DNA of 64,000 nt, from the NCBI GenBank assembly GCA_963786955.1, contig CAWBAT010000003.1, forward strand, positions 96,001-160,000. Reading direction: 5' to 3'. The stretch comes from an uncultured Acidimicrobiia bacterium (GTDB taxonomy: Bacteria; Acidobacteriota; Terriglobia; Versatilivoradales; Versatilivoraceae). Position 1 is the stretch's first letter, and every line of letters begins with the position of its first letter. The translations under genes and the position numbers were made by a program. Shown piece after piece: positions 22,708-33,359 of the stretch. The notes under the pieces were generated by a model, which worked only from the letters and a program-made list of their open reading frames with translations, searched no databases and was not told the DNA's origin.

Positions 22708-25700
22708 TTGGCATATTGTTGGAGCCGTGTTTATCTAACTATAATTCCAGTGGCAAATGCCCAAGTGGGACAAGCGGATTTGACAGGAGAAATTCGTGAT
22801 CCCTCCGCGGCGATTGTTTCATCAGCTAAGGTAACTGTAACGGAGTTGCAAACCAACCAGTCCTATATCGCGACCACAGACCAAGCCGGCGTATACGATT
22901 TTGGCTACCTTAAGCCAGGAGTGTATACCCTGACCGTTGAAGCCCAGGGGTTCAAACGTTATGTGCGAGAGGGCATCCAGCTGGCGACGGGAGAATTGAT
23001 TCGTGTGGATGCGGCACTGGTGCTTGGAAGCGAAAGTGAAATCGTCACCGTGACCGAAAACGCGTCCCTTCTTCGAACCGAGTCTGGCACGCTAGGCCAG
23101 GTCATCAGCAATCGCAAGATTATCGATTTGCCTCTTAATGGCCGCAATTTCATCCCGTTAGTTGCACTTGTTCCTGGTGTGGCGTTGCCTCCTGGGTCCT
23201 CTTTCCCGCGTATCAATGGAGGCAGGCCGCGAGTGAACGAGTACTTGTTTGATGGTATCTCGGTCCTGCAGCCTGAACCTGGGCAGGTAGCGTATTTCCC
23301 GATCATTGACGCCATCCAGGACTTCAAAGTCGTTACGAACAGCCCGCCGGCTGAGTTCGGGCGTTTTAATGGTGGAGTTATAAATCTGACCACGAAATCT
23401 GGCACCAATGGTTTTCATGGTTCGATTTTTGAGTTCTTCAGAAACGAAGCGCTGAACGCGCGGAATCTTTTCGCTCCCCCGACGCCATCCAATCCCGACA
23501 AGCCGCGCTTTCGACGCAATCAGTTCGGATTTGTGTTTGGTGGCCCAATCATTCAGGATAAGACTTTCTTTTTTTGGGACTATCAGGGAACCCGCCAGGA
23601 CATTGGACGGGTGAGGGTCTCCACCGTGCCAACGCTGTTCCAGCGCCAAGGAATCTTTACCGAAAAAATTGCCGGCAGTGTCCCCAAAATCTATGACCCG
23701 GCGACCACGGCGCCAAAGCCCGGTGGTGGCTTCGTCCGCGATCCATTTGCCAATAATACAATCCCCCAAGCGCGGATTGATCCCGTAGCACTGACCTTGC
23801 TGCAACGTTATCCCCTGCCCACCAGCGGGGGCACCGCCAACAACTATCGCAGAATAGACAACGAAGGCGATAGTCAAGACCAGCTTGACTTTCGCGTCGA
23901 TCATCGTTTTTCAGACCGTGATCAGATGTTTGGTCGCTTTTCTTATGCGAACGATGTCATTAATCCCGTCACGCCTTTACCGGATGGGAGCGGAAGTATC
24001 ACGAGCGGCGCCATTGCGTTGACCCAGACTCCGAGTTACTCCGTAGCTTCGAACTATTTGCATACTTTTAATGCCCGATTTATCAATGAACTCCGATTTG
24101 GTTACACGCGTCGATCCATCGATCGTAGAGCGCTCTTGCTGAACAGTCCTCCCTCTGAAAGCTTGAATTTACCGGGGATTCCTACGAATAGTGCTTTTCA
24201 GAACGAACTCCCCACTTTTCTAATCGATGGCATTCAGCAACAAGGTCCTGCGCCCAACACGGACTCTGTTTTTCGCACCGATGTCACGCAGCTTACCGAT
24301 GTATTCTCCGTCTTACGTGGCAGACACTCCCTTAAGTTCGGCCTTGATTTTCGTTGGGAACGCCTGGATGTGGTCCAGCCTCCCTCTCCGACGGGCCAAT
24401 TCCGCTTTAGTACTCTATTTACCGATCTGCCGGGAGTGACCGGTACAGGGAATTCCCTGGCTAGCTTTCTTTTAGGGCAGGTGCAAACCTTCTCGATTGA
24501 CCTGCAAAATAACGTTCTTCGTCCCAGGGCCGCCATTCAGGAATATTTCATACAGGATGATTGGAAAGTCACCCCTCGATTGACGATTAATGCCGGCCTT
24601 AGATATACCCTGAACTTTCCGTCGACGGAGGTGGATAATCAGGGAGCGGTGTTTAACCTACAAACCGAACAAATGGACTATCTTGGCAAAGATGGAATTT
24701 CCCGGAGTGCCCGAGAGTTGCAGTTGCACGACTTCGGCCCCCGGCTTGGCATCGCTTATCGGCTTAGGGAAAAAACCGTAATTCGTTCCGGCTATGGTTT
24801 GGTGTGGCTAGAACAGGCCGGAATCACGACGCCCTTCACAGTACCGCAGTTCCCGTTTCTTCAGACTGTGAACCAGCGGAATCTAGACAATATCAACCCG
24901 GCATTTGTGCTGGCGAAAGGACCCACTGTGGCGCCCAGCCCTCTCACGCCGGATGCCGGGCTGGGACAGGGCGTATTTTCGGTGGATTCTGGACTAGGCT
25001 CCGGTTATGCCCAGCAATGGAACCTGGCGATCCAGCAAGAGCTCAGCCGCAATTTCGTATTTGAAGTGGCCTACGCCGGATCCAAAATCACTCATATTGG
25101 TATCCCTGATACCAATATCAATCAGCTCACCGCTGAACAGCTCAGCTTGGGGTCGGCCTTACTCCAACGGGTACCCAATCCCTTTTTCGGAGAGATTCCT
25201 CGGTCTTCGTCTTTGGGTGACCCCACAATCCCCCGAGGGCAACTTTTGAAGCCTTACCCTCGTTTCACCGCGGTGAGCTTGTACCGGAATAATGTCGGCA
25301 ACACCAATTACAATGCCCTGCAGGTGAAACTTGAAAAGCGTTTCGCTTCCGGCTTCTCTTTCTTAATTAGCTATACTCGCTCGAAGTTGATCGATGACGC
25401 CTCTTCGGTTTTTGATGCGAGCATTTTGACAGGTCCTGTGGCCAACTACCCGGTGGCAGATAGCTTTAATCGAAGGCTGGAACGGGACCTTTCCATGGGC
25501 GATATCCCCAATGTCTTTGTGGCCAGTTACGTCTATGAGCTGCCATTTGGGCCGGGACGCCGCTTTGACCCCAGAGGATTTTCGGGGAAGCTCTTGCGCG
25601 GTTGGGAACTGGCCGGGGTAGTCACCTTCCAATCAGGAATACCTCTAGCCGTTACCCAGGCAACCAATTTCAATGCTTTTGCCGGTTTTGGGACGCAAAG

Positions 25701-26040
25701 GCCGAACCGTGTAGCCAACCCGGAGTTGCCCAGTGATGAACGCAGCACGGCCCAGTTTTTTAACACCGCTGCTTTCTTGGTGGCGCCGCAGTTTACTTTG
25801 GGGAGTAGCTCACGAAATCCAGTTCGCGGCCCCAACTATCAGAACGTCGACCTGGCGTTGATCAAACGAACCTACGTCCGAGAGCAGATGAACGTCGAAT
25901 TTCGGGCCGAGACTTTTAACCTTACCAACACACCACCCCTCAACGCTCCGAATGCCGTCTTAGGTACACCGGGGTTTGGCTCAATCAACTCGGCAGGAGA
26001 TCCAAGAGTGATCCAGTTCGCTTTGAAATTCAATTTCTGA
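22708..26040 (+). CDS. TonB-dependent receptor, Oar-like with carboxypeptidase regulatory-like N-domain
   Basis: LPLNGRNF, RRNQFG..GGPI, YFIQDDWKV, terminal ALKFNF. True start probably ~22682. Confidence 0.9.
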   Translation: MAYCWSRVYLTIIPVANAQVGQADLTGEIRDPSAAIVSSAKVTVTELQTNQSYIATTDQAGVYDFGYLKPGVYTLTVEAQGFKRYVREGIQLATGELIRVDAALVLGSESEIVTVTENASLLRTESGTLGQVISNRKIIDLPLNGRNFIPLVALVPGVALPPGSSFPRINGGRPRVNEYLFDGISVLQPEPGQVAYFPIIDAIQDFKVVTNSPPAEFGRFNGGVINLTTKSGTNGFHGSIFEFFRNEALNARNLFAPPTPSNPDKPRFRRNQFGFVFGGPIIQDKTFFFWDYQGTRQDIGRVRVSTVPTLFQRQGIFTEKIAGSVPKIYDPATTAPKPGGGFVRDPFANNTIPQARIDPVALTLLQRYPLPTSGGTANNYRRIDNEGDSQDQLDFRVDHRFSDRDQMFGRFSYANDVINPVTPLPDGSGSITSGAIALTQTPSYSVASNYLHTFNARFINELRFGYTRRSIDRRALLLNSPPSESLNLPGIPTNSAFQNELPTFLIDGIQQQGPAPNTDSVFRTDVTQLTDVFSVLRGRHSLKFGLDFRWERLDVVQPPSPTGQFRFSTLFTDLPGVTGTGNSLASFLLGQVQTFSIDLQNNVLRPRAAIQEYFIQDDWKVTPRLTINAGLRYTLNFPSTEVDNQGAVFNLQTEQMDYLGKDGISRSARELQLHDFGPRLGIAYRLREKTVIRSGYGLVWLEQAGITTPFTVPQFPFLQTVNQRNLDNINPAFVLAKGPTVAPSPLTPDAGLGQGVFSVDSGLGSGYAQQWNLAIQQELSRNFVFEVAYAGSKITHIGIPDTNINQLTAEQLSLGSALLQRVPNPFFGEIPRSSSLGDPTIPRGQLLKPYPRFTAVSLYRNNVGNTNYNALQVKLEKRFASGFSFLISYTRSKLIDDASSVFDASILTGPVANYPVADSFNRRLERDLSMGDIPNVFVASYVYELPFGPGRRFDPRGFSGKLLRGWELAGVVTFQSGIPLAVTQATNFNAFAGFGTQRPNRVANPELPSDERSTAQFFNTAAFLVAPQFTLGSSSRNPVRGPNYQNVDLALIKRTYVREQMNVEFRAETFNLTNTPPLNAPNAVLGTPGFGSINSAGDPRVIQFALKFNF

Positions 26041-26120
26041 CGCCTTGGACATCTGATTCAGGCAGTTTTTATGATCAGCCCATGACTCTGGACAGGAAGC
26101 TTAATCTGGACTAAAATGTA

Positions 26121-26165
26121 ATGAAATTGTTTGTCCCTCTCAGGAAACGGAGGTTACTGGCTTGA
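26121..26165 (+). CDS. Putative leader peptide of the ABC-F gene (MKLFVPLRKRRLLA)
   Basis: 14-codon uORF ending 89 nt before the ABC-F ATG, containing R-K-R. Weak RBS. Confidence 0.3.
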   Translation: MKLFVPLRKRRLLA

Positions 26166-26253
26166 GACAGTAAAGATATTCACAATCCTCAAATCTGCAT
26201 ACTGGGCTTTCCCAGGAATTCCCAAGGGATCGCTGTTTTTTCTGGAGGAAAGA

Positions 26254-27890
26254 ATGTCTCTACTGAATGTTCAGGTCTCAGTTTCCGCCACCCCTCTCAA
26301 TCTGATCCCCTATTCGAAAAAGTTTCTTTCGAAATCAATCCAGGTGACCATATTGGGCTTGTCGGTCCCAATGGTTCTGGCAAGTCAACTTTGCTTCGCC
26401 TGCTTACTGGCGAGTTGGAACCGAACACCGGTTCCATTGTCCGCCGCCATCCACTCCGTGTGAGCTATGTACCGCAGGAGAGCAATGCGCCGGACGAACT
26501 GTCGCTTGGGGATTATCTGCATGATGGCCAACCCAGAGCTTGGAGCGATTTATCGACAGATCCGTGCCCTGGAGTCTCAATTGGATAGCAGTGAACAGGC
26601 CAGCCGGTACGCTGAACTCTTAAATACATACCAAGAGCGAGATGGATTCCGGCTGCAGGCAGAAGCAGAAAAATCATGGCGGGACTTGGATTCAGCCCCA
26701 GGAGAAGAAACTTGCCAATGGGCCTGCTGTCCAGTGGTCAACGCGCTCGGTCCGAGTCGTCAGGCTATTGCTCTCCCCGACAGACCTCTTCTGATCGATG
26801 AGCCTAGCAACCATCTTGATATTGCAGCTAGAGAATGGCTGGAGGAATATCTGTCCCGTCTGAATGCAGCCTATCTGGCGGTATCACATGACCGGTTTTT
26901 TTTAAACGAAGCGACAAGTCGGATACTTGAAATATGCCATTGAAGCTTTGCCGTGTATGAAGGGAATTATGAGTTCTATCTTGAACAGCGTGATCTTCGG
27001 GAAAGACAAGCTTGGGAGCAGTATCAAGCCCAACAGCGACGGTCGGAGACCGCCGACTATTCGGCTCGACGGCGCATGGGTCTGGCAAATAAAGTGGCCA
27101 GAACTCCCCGGGGCATTCGATCCGGCCATGACTTCTATAGAAGCCAAGGCTGCCAAGGTTGCTCGCACAGCCCGTATTCTCCGCGAGAGAGTTCAGTCGA
27201 GAGCCCATCGCCAAAAAACCCTGGCAAGAAGATCCCATTCCTACACTCCATTTTGCTAATGTGGTTGCTTCGTCTGACGTTGCACTCCGGGTCGAGGGCC
27301 TGAGCAAGGCCTATCCTGGGAAAGAGCTGTTTCGGGATTTGAGTTTTACCGTCCGTTCAGGAGAACGGTGGGCGATTCTCGGATCAAACGGCTCAGGGAA
27401 GACCACGCTGCTGCGTGTTTTACTGGGACAAATGCCTGCCGATGCAGGAACCGTTCAGATTGGATCGAAAGTAAGAATTGGTTATTACGCGCAAGAGGGC
27501 GAAAATCTGGATCCTGACAGGTCGCCTGTTGAGCTCGGTCTTGCAGTCAACCCAGACGAAACTTGGGTTCGTACGATCCTCGGTTGTCTGCGTTTGCGCG
27601 GGGAAAAGGCGAATGGTCCCGATACAAAACAATGAGTGCCGGAGAACGCGCCAAAGGTCGCCTTGGCGAGAATCCTCTTCAGCGGAGCCAATCTGCTATT
27701 TCTTGACGAGCCGACAAATCATCTCGACATCGATGCACGGGAAGCCGTCGAAGAGACGCTCTCGTACTATCCGGGCACTCTTCTCTTTGTTTCGCACGAT
27801 CGCTATTTCATCAAGACTCTGGCAGACGAGATTCTCGAACTTTCAACAATAGCAGGTGGGTCCGAACTCAACCCCCAATCGATGCTCTGA
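26254..27890 (+). CDS. ABC-F family ATPase (multiply frameshifted)
   Basis: Two NBDs (GPNGSGKS; GSNGSGKT), DEPSNHLD and DEPTNHLD, VSHDR twice, YEGNY linker start, no TM segments. Confidence 0.85.
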
Positions 27891-27950
27891 TGAAAAGTAA
27901 AAGCACGAACAAGGGTTCGCAAATATCCTCAAAACGCCTCTGCTGTTTGC

Positions 27951-27979
27951 TTGAGTTGTTCTAGAAGGAAATCTATAAT
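27951..27979 (+). promoter_or_regulatory. Sigma70-type promoter of the ALDH gene
   Basis: TTGAGT-17 nt-TATAAT, followed by AGGAGG RBS before ATG 28033. Confidence 0.6.
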
Positions 27980-28032
27980 GAATCTACTTGCAAACAAGAT
28001 GGTTCAAAAGGAACCCGTGAGAAGGAGGAGCT

Positions 28033-29533
28033 ATGAATGCACCCGCTATTCAAATTGATCCCCGTGTCAGTTCAACTCTGGCGAAGCAGGGAAGATTGTT
28101 GATCAACAATCGCTGGGAAGAAGCTGCTTCAGGAAAGTCTTTCCCAACCTACAATCCCGCCACTGGAGAAGTTCTAGCCCGAGTGGCCGAGGGAGATAAA
28201 GATGACGTTAATCAGGCCGTGAAGGCAGCACGGTCTGCCTTCGAAAAGGGGCCGTGGCCCAAGATGACACCTTCAGAGAGGGGTCGTTTGATTTGGAAAC
28301 TGGGCGATCTCATTAGAAGTTCACCTCGAAGAATTTGCAGAGCTCGAAAGTCTCGACAATGGCAAACCGCTGACGGTAGCTCGAGTAGCAGACGTCCCGC
28401 TAGCGGCGGATTTGTTCCGCTATATGGCCGGCTGGGCCACGAAGATTGAAGGGCACACGATTCCGATCTCGGTTCCCTATACTCCGGGAGCCAGCTACCA
28501 CGCTTATACCCTGCGCGAACCGGTGGGTGTGGTTGCCCAGATCATCCCATGGAATTTCCCGTTGCTTATGGCAGCCTGGAAACTAGGTCCAGCCTTAGCG
28601 ACTGGTTGCACAGTTATCCTGAAACCAGCAGAACAAACTCCTCTGACGGCATTACGACTCGGGGAAGTGATTCTTGAGGCGGGATTTCCCGAAGGAGTCG
28701 TGAATATTGTTACGGGCTTCGGAAATGCAGGGGCTGCTCTCGCCAGCCACCCGGATGTGGATAAGGTGGCCTTTACCGGCTCAACAGAGGTAGGCAAGCT
28801 CATCGTCCAAGCTGCAGCCGGAAATCTTAAGAAAGTCTCTCTGGAACTGGGTGGAAAATCTCCCAACATTATTCTAAAAGATGCCGACATCGAAACTGCC
28901 GTGCAGGGTGCCGCCAGCGCCATTTTCTTCAATCATGGCCAGTGCTGCTGCGCCGGCTCACGTCTCTACGTGGAAAGCAGCATTTTTGACAAGGTGGTCG
29001 ATGGCGTGGCCGAGCTCGCCAAGAAGATCAAACTAGGATCAGGATTTGACCCAGCCACCGAAATGGGACCCCTGGTATCCACTGAGCAACTCGACCGGGT
29101 GTGTGGTTATCTGGAGGCGGGTATTGCTGAGGGAGCCAGCGCGGTGGCGGGAGGACACAAAATTCCGGGTAAGGGATACTTTGTCGAGCCGACGGTTCTG
29201 GTGAATACAAACGAAAGAATGAAAGTGGTCGAGGAAGAAATTTTTGGCCCCGTCGTCGCAGCGCTTCCTTTCAAGGATCTTGATGAAGTCATGCCCAGGG
29301 CCAACGACTCCGCATATGGTCTGGCTGCAGGAATCTGGACATCGGATATTACGAAAGCGCATCACTTGGCCTCCAAGTTGCGTGCAGGAACGGTTTGGAT
29401 CAACTGCTATAACATTTTCGACGCCGCATTGCCTTTCGGTGGCTACAAACAATCGGGATGGGGAAGAGAGATGGGGCATGATGTGCTCGAGATGTATACG
29501 GAAGTCAAAGCCATCTGCGCCAGAATAGGCTAG
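28033..29533 (+). CDS. NAD-dependent aldehyde dehydrogenase (one frameshift near 28315)
   Basis: [46 protein letters not shown]. Confidence 0.93.
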
Positions 29534-29582
29534 GGTCAGACTCTTTTGATTCTCTTGGATGTGGCACCTTGTATCGAGGACT

Positions 29583-29765
29583 GGTCACCCCTTGCGGTGC
29601 TAATGTATCTTCAACGCCCGCCTATTGATTGGTCGCCCTACGGGGCTTTATGCCATGCTATTCAAGGGTTTATGGTGTGTAGACTTGAAGTCCCGTTAGG
29701 GACGACCTATTTATAGAACGCGTTTCCCGCATTTACCCTGAGCCCCACTAGGGGCGGCCTATTTA
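29583..29765. repeat. Cluster of short hairpin repeats of the GCCCCGTAGGGGCGACC type (second REP-like family)
   Basis: GGTCGCCCTACGGGGCT (reverse orientation), AGTCCCGTTAGGGACGACCTATTTA, AGCCCCACTAGGGGCGGCCTATTTA. Confidence 0.6.
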
Positions 29766-29935
29766 GCGGTGATGAACTTGTCGATCCGGCATCGATATTG
29801 AAAATTGAATCTTGTGATAGTGTGCTCTCCCCGGCCCCTCTTTGTTTAGCCCGAGACATACTGACAGTGTTCGGGGACATCACTGACACTTTAATTTAGG
29901 AAGCCCTAATTCCCAAAAACCCAGGAGAACATGCG

Positions 29936-30517
29936 ATGAAGAAGACAAGTATTTTAGCAGTGTTAATTTTTATTTTCGCGAGTGTTTCCTCTTGGATTCA
30001 GGCAGGGGACTCAGCAAAAGGAGGCAATACTCCATTGATCTATGATTTTGTTCTTAAAAGCATCGATGGCAAAGAGGTGAAATTGGATCAATACCGCGGG
30101 AAAACTCTTCTGCTGGTGAACGTTGCCAGCCAGTGTGGCTACACTCCACAGTATGAAGGCCTGCAGAAGATCTACCTGAAGTATAAAGATCAGGGATTCG
30201 TTGTTCTCGGGTTCCCGGCCAATAATTTTGGCGCTCAGGAGCCAGGCACTGATCAAGAGATCAAAACTTTTTGTTCTACTCGCTATCAAGTGACGTTTCC
30301 CATGTTTTCCAAGATTTCCGTGAAAGGTCCTGACAAAAATCCACTTTATAAGTTTTTGACGGAAGAGAAAACCGACCCTAAATTTGCGGGAGAGATTAAG
30401 TGGAACTTTAGCAAGTTCTTGGTTGATAAGAATGGCAATATCGTTGCCCGCTTCGACTCTAAAGATACTCCCGAAAGTGAAAAAGTTGTCGAGGCCATTG
30501 AGCAGGCCGTGAAATAA
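29936..30517 (+). CDS. gpx: Glutathione peroxidase family protein (Cys type, signal peptide)
   Basis: NVASQCGYT, LGFPANNFGAQEPG, KWNFSKFLV. Confidence 0.92.
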   Translation: MKKTSILAVLIFIFASVSSWIQAGDSAKGGNTPLIYDFVLKSIDGKEVKLDQYRGKTLLLVNVASQCGYTPQYEGLQKIYLKYKDQGFVVLGFPANNFGAQEPGTDQEIKTFCSTRYQVTFPMFSKISVKGPDKNPLYKFLTEEKTDPKFAGEIKWNFSKFLVDKNGNIVARFDSKDTPESEKVVEAIEQAVK

Positions 30518-30545
30518 ATAAGGACGATTTCATCCTAGCTGCCTC

Positions 30546-31097
30546 TTGCTGATGGTGACTGAGAAGGTCGTGGATACAAAAAACCCAGAATCGCCGGGTT
30601 CCGGGAGTTCTAAGCTCCATTCTTTCGAGTCCTACGAACGAGCTTCAGGCGCAAGTTATAGTTGGACCGTTCGCGCTCGCGGAAGTGATCGGGCGGAAGC
30701 CGCAGCCTACGCCCGTAACCAGGCATTCACTGTCTGCGGGCAGGCCAGTTTCAGAGCATCGGACCCCCATCCGAGCGCGGTTGAATATTTGCTAGGCGCC
30801 CTCGGTGGGGATCTTCTCACAGGATTTGCTGTGAGTGCCGCCCGACGAGCAATCCAGCTGCATGACACGGAAGTCAGCATTTCGGGTTGCCTCAACAATC
30901 CGCTGGTGTTTTTGGGCGTGATTGGGGAAAAAGGTCATCCTGGCTTCGAGACAATCACTGGAACTCTGTATGTCAGCGCAGATGCCGAAGCTTCGACCTT
31001 ACGGCAGATCTGGGAAGAGGTGCTGGCACAATCTCCCCTTGTCAACACATTGCGGCGAGCCGTAAATCTTGCTTTGGAGCTTCAGATCACCGTCTAA
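30546..31097 (+). CDS. OsmC-like protein lacking the catalytic cysteines
   Basis: PSAVEYLLGALGGDL and SPLVNTL occupy the two Cys-motif positions of the OsmC/Ohr fold. Confidence 0.7.
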   Translation: MLMVTEKVVDTKNPESPGSGSSKLHSFESYERASGASYSWTVRARGSDRAEAAAYARNQAFTVCGQASFRASDPHPSAVEYLLGALGGDLLTGFAVSAARRAIQLHDTEVSISGCLNNPLVFLGVIGEKGHPGFETITGTLYVSADAEASTLRQIWEEVLAQSPLVNTLRRAVNLALELQITV

Positions 31098-31338
31098 ATG
31101 TTTTTGATTTTGGATTCACCGCCAAGTAGAGTGTGGCAACCGTCCCATCCTCAATGAACCTACCCTTATCCTCTCGTCGAAATTCATAGGATGTGAACGA
31201 TAGGAGAATCTTTGGTGGAATGGACATTGTTCCGTCCATTTGTGGGAGGGAGGACTATGAGGACTGTCAAGTTAAGCGTGCATGGTAGCGACTCATCATA
31301 AATGAATAATATAAATCCCAAATTGCTCGAGGAGAATT

Positions 31339-32487
31339 ATGTACCGACTCAACGAAAAGCAGACCGTTTTGATCGACCAGATCCGTCGTCTCGCTGACGA
31401 AACGATTGCCCCCAATGCGGCGGAAGTCGATGAAAAGGGCCGTTTCCCGCGGCAGAGTATAGAAGCCCTGGCCAAGCACGGTTTCCTGGGATTAACGATT
31501 CCCCAGGAGTATGGCGGTCTGGGTGAAGGGATGCGCACGTCCTGTGCGGTTCTCGAAGAAGTTGCCCGGCGCTGCGCTTCGACGGGGATGGTCTATTTGA
31601 TGCACTTGTGCGGCTGCGCTTGCTACACGGCCCATCCTAAAGGGCATGAGGAGACTTTGCGGCAGGCCGCGCGCGGGGAGCATCTCTCCACACTAGCGTG
31701 GAGCGAAAGAGGCTCGCGTAGCCATTTCTGGGCTCCGGTTAGCCAGGGCATCAAAAAGAATGGAAACATTCTCCTGCAGGCGCAAAAATCCTGGGTGACA
31801 TCGGCCGGAGAAGCAGATGGATATGTGGTCTCTACACGAATGCCCGGCAGCGAGCAAGCGAATGATACCATCCTTTATTTGGTGCGAAAGGGAGATGCCG
31901 GGGTGGCGGTAAGTGGTGTCTGGAACAGTCTGGGAATGCGAGGGAATGCGAGCGCGCCCATGGCTTTGGATCAGTGCGAGATTCCACTGGAACGGGCGTT
32001 GTGTGAGCCGAGTCAGGGTTTTCCCCGCATGCTTGAGATATTACCTTGGTTTAATCTGGGTAATGCCGCAATTTCGGTGGGGATTGCAGAGGCGGCCACG
32101 CAGACGGCCGCTGCCCATTTAATCGCAGCGAAATTGGAACATATGAACAGTCGTTTATCGGATTTGCCCAATCTCCGTGCCCGACTGGCTCAGATGAGGA
32201 TTGAAACAGACCGTGCCCGGGCCTATTTGCTGGCGACGCTGGATGCTCTAGAAGAGGGAGCTGCGAATGCGATGCTGTTGGTGCTCGGGTCCAAAGTGGC
32301 GGGCGCAGAGGCCGCTATCCGTGTCACAGATTGGGGAATGCAGACCTGCGGTGGCGCGGCTTTCAGTAAACACCTCAGTTTAGAGCGCAACTTCCGAGAT
32401 GCCCGAGCGTCCGGCGTCATGGCGCCAACCTCAGACGTCTTGCAGGAATTTATTGGACGGGCATTATGCGGCATGAACTTATTTTGA
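31339..32487 (+). CDS. Acyl-CoA dehydrogenase-fold flavoprotein
   Basis: IPQEYGGLG, LAWSERGS, KSWVTSA, LGMRGN, LERNFRDAR. Confidence 0.88.
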   Translation: MYRLNEKQTVLIDQIRRLADETIAPNAAEVDEKGRFPRQSIEALAKHGFLGLTIPQEYGGLGEGMRTSCAVLEEVARRCASTGMVYLMHLCGCACYTAHPKGHEETLRQAARGEHLSTLAWSERGSRSHFWAPVSQGIKKNGNILLQAQKSWVTSAGEADGYVVSTRMPGSEQANDTILYLVRKGDAGVAVSGVWNSLGMRGNASAPMALDQCEIPLERALCEPSQGFPRMLEILPWFNLGNAAISVGIAEAATQTAAAHLIAAKLEHMNSRLSDLPNLRARLAQMRIETDRARAYLLATLDALEEGAANAMLLVLGSKVAGAEAAIRVTDWGMQTCGGAAFSKHLSLERNFRDARASGVMAPTSDVLQEFIGRALCGMNLF

Positions 32488-32534
32488 CCTGAAACTGTCA
32501 ACACCGATACAAAGTACACTCAAGGAGAATTTGA

Positions 32535-33359
32535 ATGCCTTCCCCCATCCTGGTTGGAGCCGTCGTTTACGATCCCAAAGTGGTCGTGATCTGGGAGATC
32601 ATCAAGGATTTCTTTAAGTCCGAGGGCTGTCCCATGGATTCGGTTTTTTATTCGAACTATGAACTGCAAGTCGATGCTTTACTCGCCGGCCATATCCACA
32701 TCGCTTGGAACTCGCCACTAGCCTGGGTGGACGCGCAACGGCGCAATTCCGGGAACTGCCGGGCCATTGCTATGCGCGACACCGATCGCGATCGCATCAC
32801 CCATTGGGTTGTGCGGCAGCAAAGCGGCATTCAGCGGGTGGAAGACTTGCGCGGAAAGACGGTCGCGACGGGTGCCAAAGATTCCCCTCAGGCAACTTTG
32901 CTTCCTTTGCATCATTTAGCCACGGCGGGACTGAAACCTTATAAAAATGTTCAAGTAAGACGCTTTGACATGATGGTGGGGAAACACGGAGATCATGTTG
33001 GAGGCGAATTAGAGGCCTTGCGCTGCCTCCAAAGTGGTGACTGCGACGCTTGTGCTATCCTGGACCTGAACTGGCAGACGTGGCAGGCGGATGGGACGGC
33101 GAATCCCGAAACGCTCGTGTCCCTGGCGACGACAGAACCCTTCGACCACTGCAATTTCACTGTCAAAGACAGCTTTCCAGTCGAACGGGAAGCACATTGG
33201 ATCGAGGCGCTGTTCCGAATGAGCTACAACAATCCTGATCATCGCATGATGATGGATATGGAGGGGCTTAAGGCATGGTTGCCAGGGCGTACGAGTGGCT
33301 ATCGTGCTTTGACTGAGGCAGTGGCTCAACAACATTTTTTTGAAGATCTCGAGAAGTGA
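32535..33359 (+). CDS. PhnD/SsuA-type PBP2-fold protein without signal peptide
   Basis: GAVVYDPKV, HIAWNSPLAW, DLRGKTVATGAKDS, FDHCNF. No N-terminal hydrophobic signal. Confidence 0.75.
   Translation: MPSPILVGAVVYDPKVVVIWEIIKDFFKSEGCPMDSVFYSNYELQVDALLAGHIHIAWNSPLAWVDAQRRNSGNCRAIAMRDTDRDRITHWVVRQQSGIQRVEDLRGKTVATGAKDSPQATLLPLHHLATAGLKPYKNVQVRRFDMMVGKHGDHVGGELEALRCLQSGDCDACAILDLNWQTWQADGTANPETLVSLATTEPFDHCNFTVKDSFPVEREAHWIEALFRMSYNNPDHRMMMDMEGLKAWLPGRTSGYRALTEAVAQQHFFEDLEK

Noticed and set aside
31100-31338. SAM-I or cobalamin riboswitch ahead of the MetE-like operon
   Set aside because: Consensus elements (ATCAAGAG..GAGGGA..GCCC..GCAACC; B12 box) are not recognisable in order. Reported only as an unknown structure.
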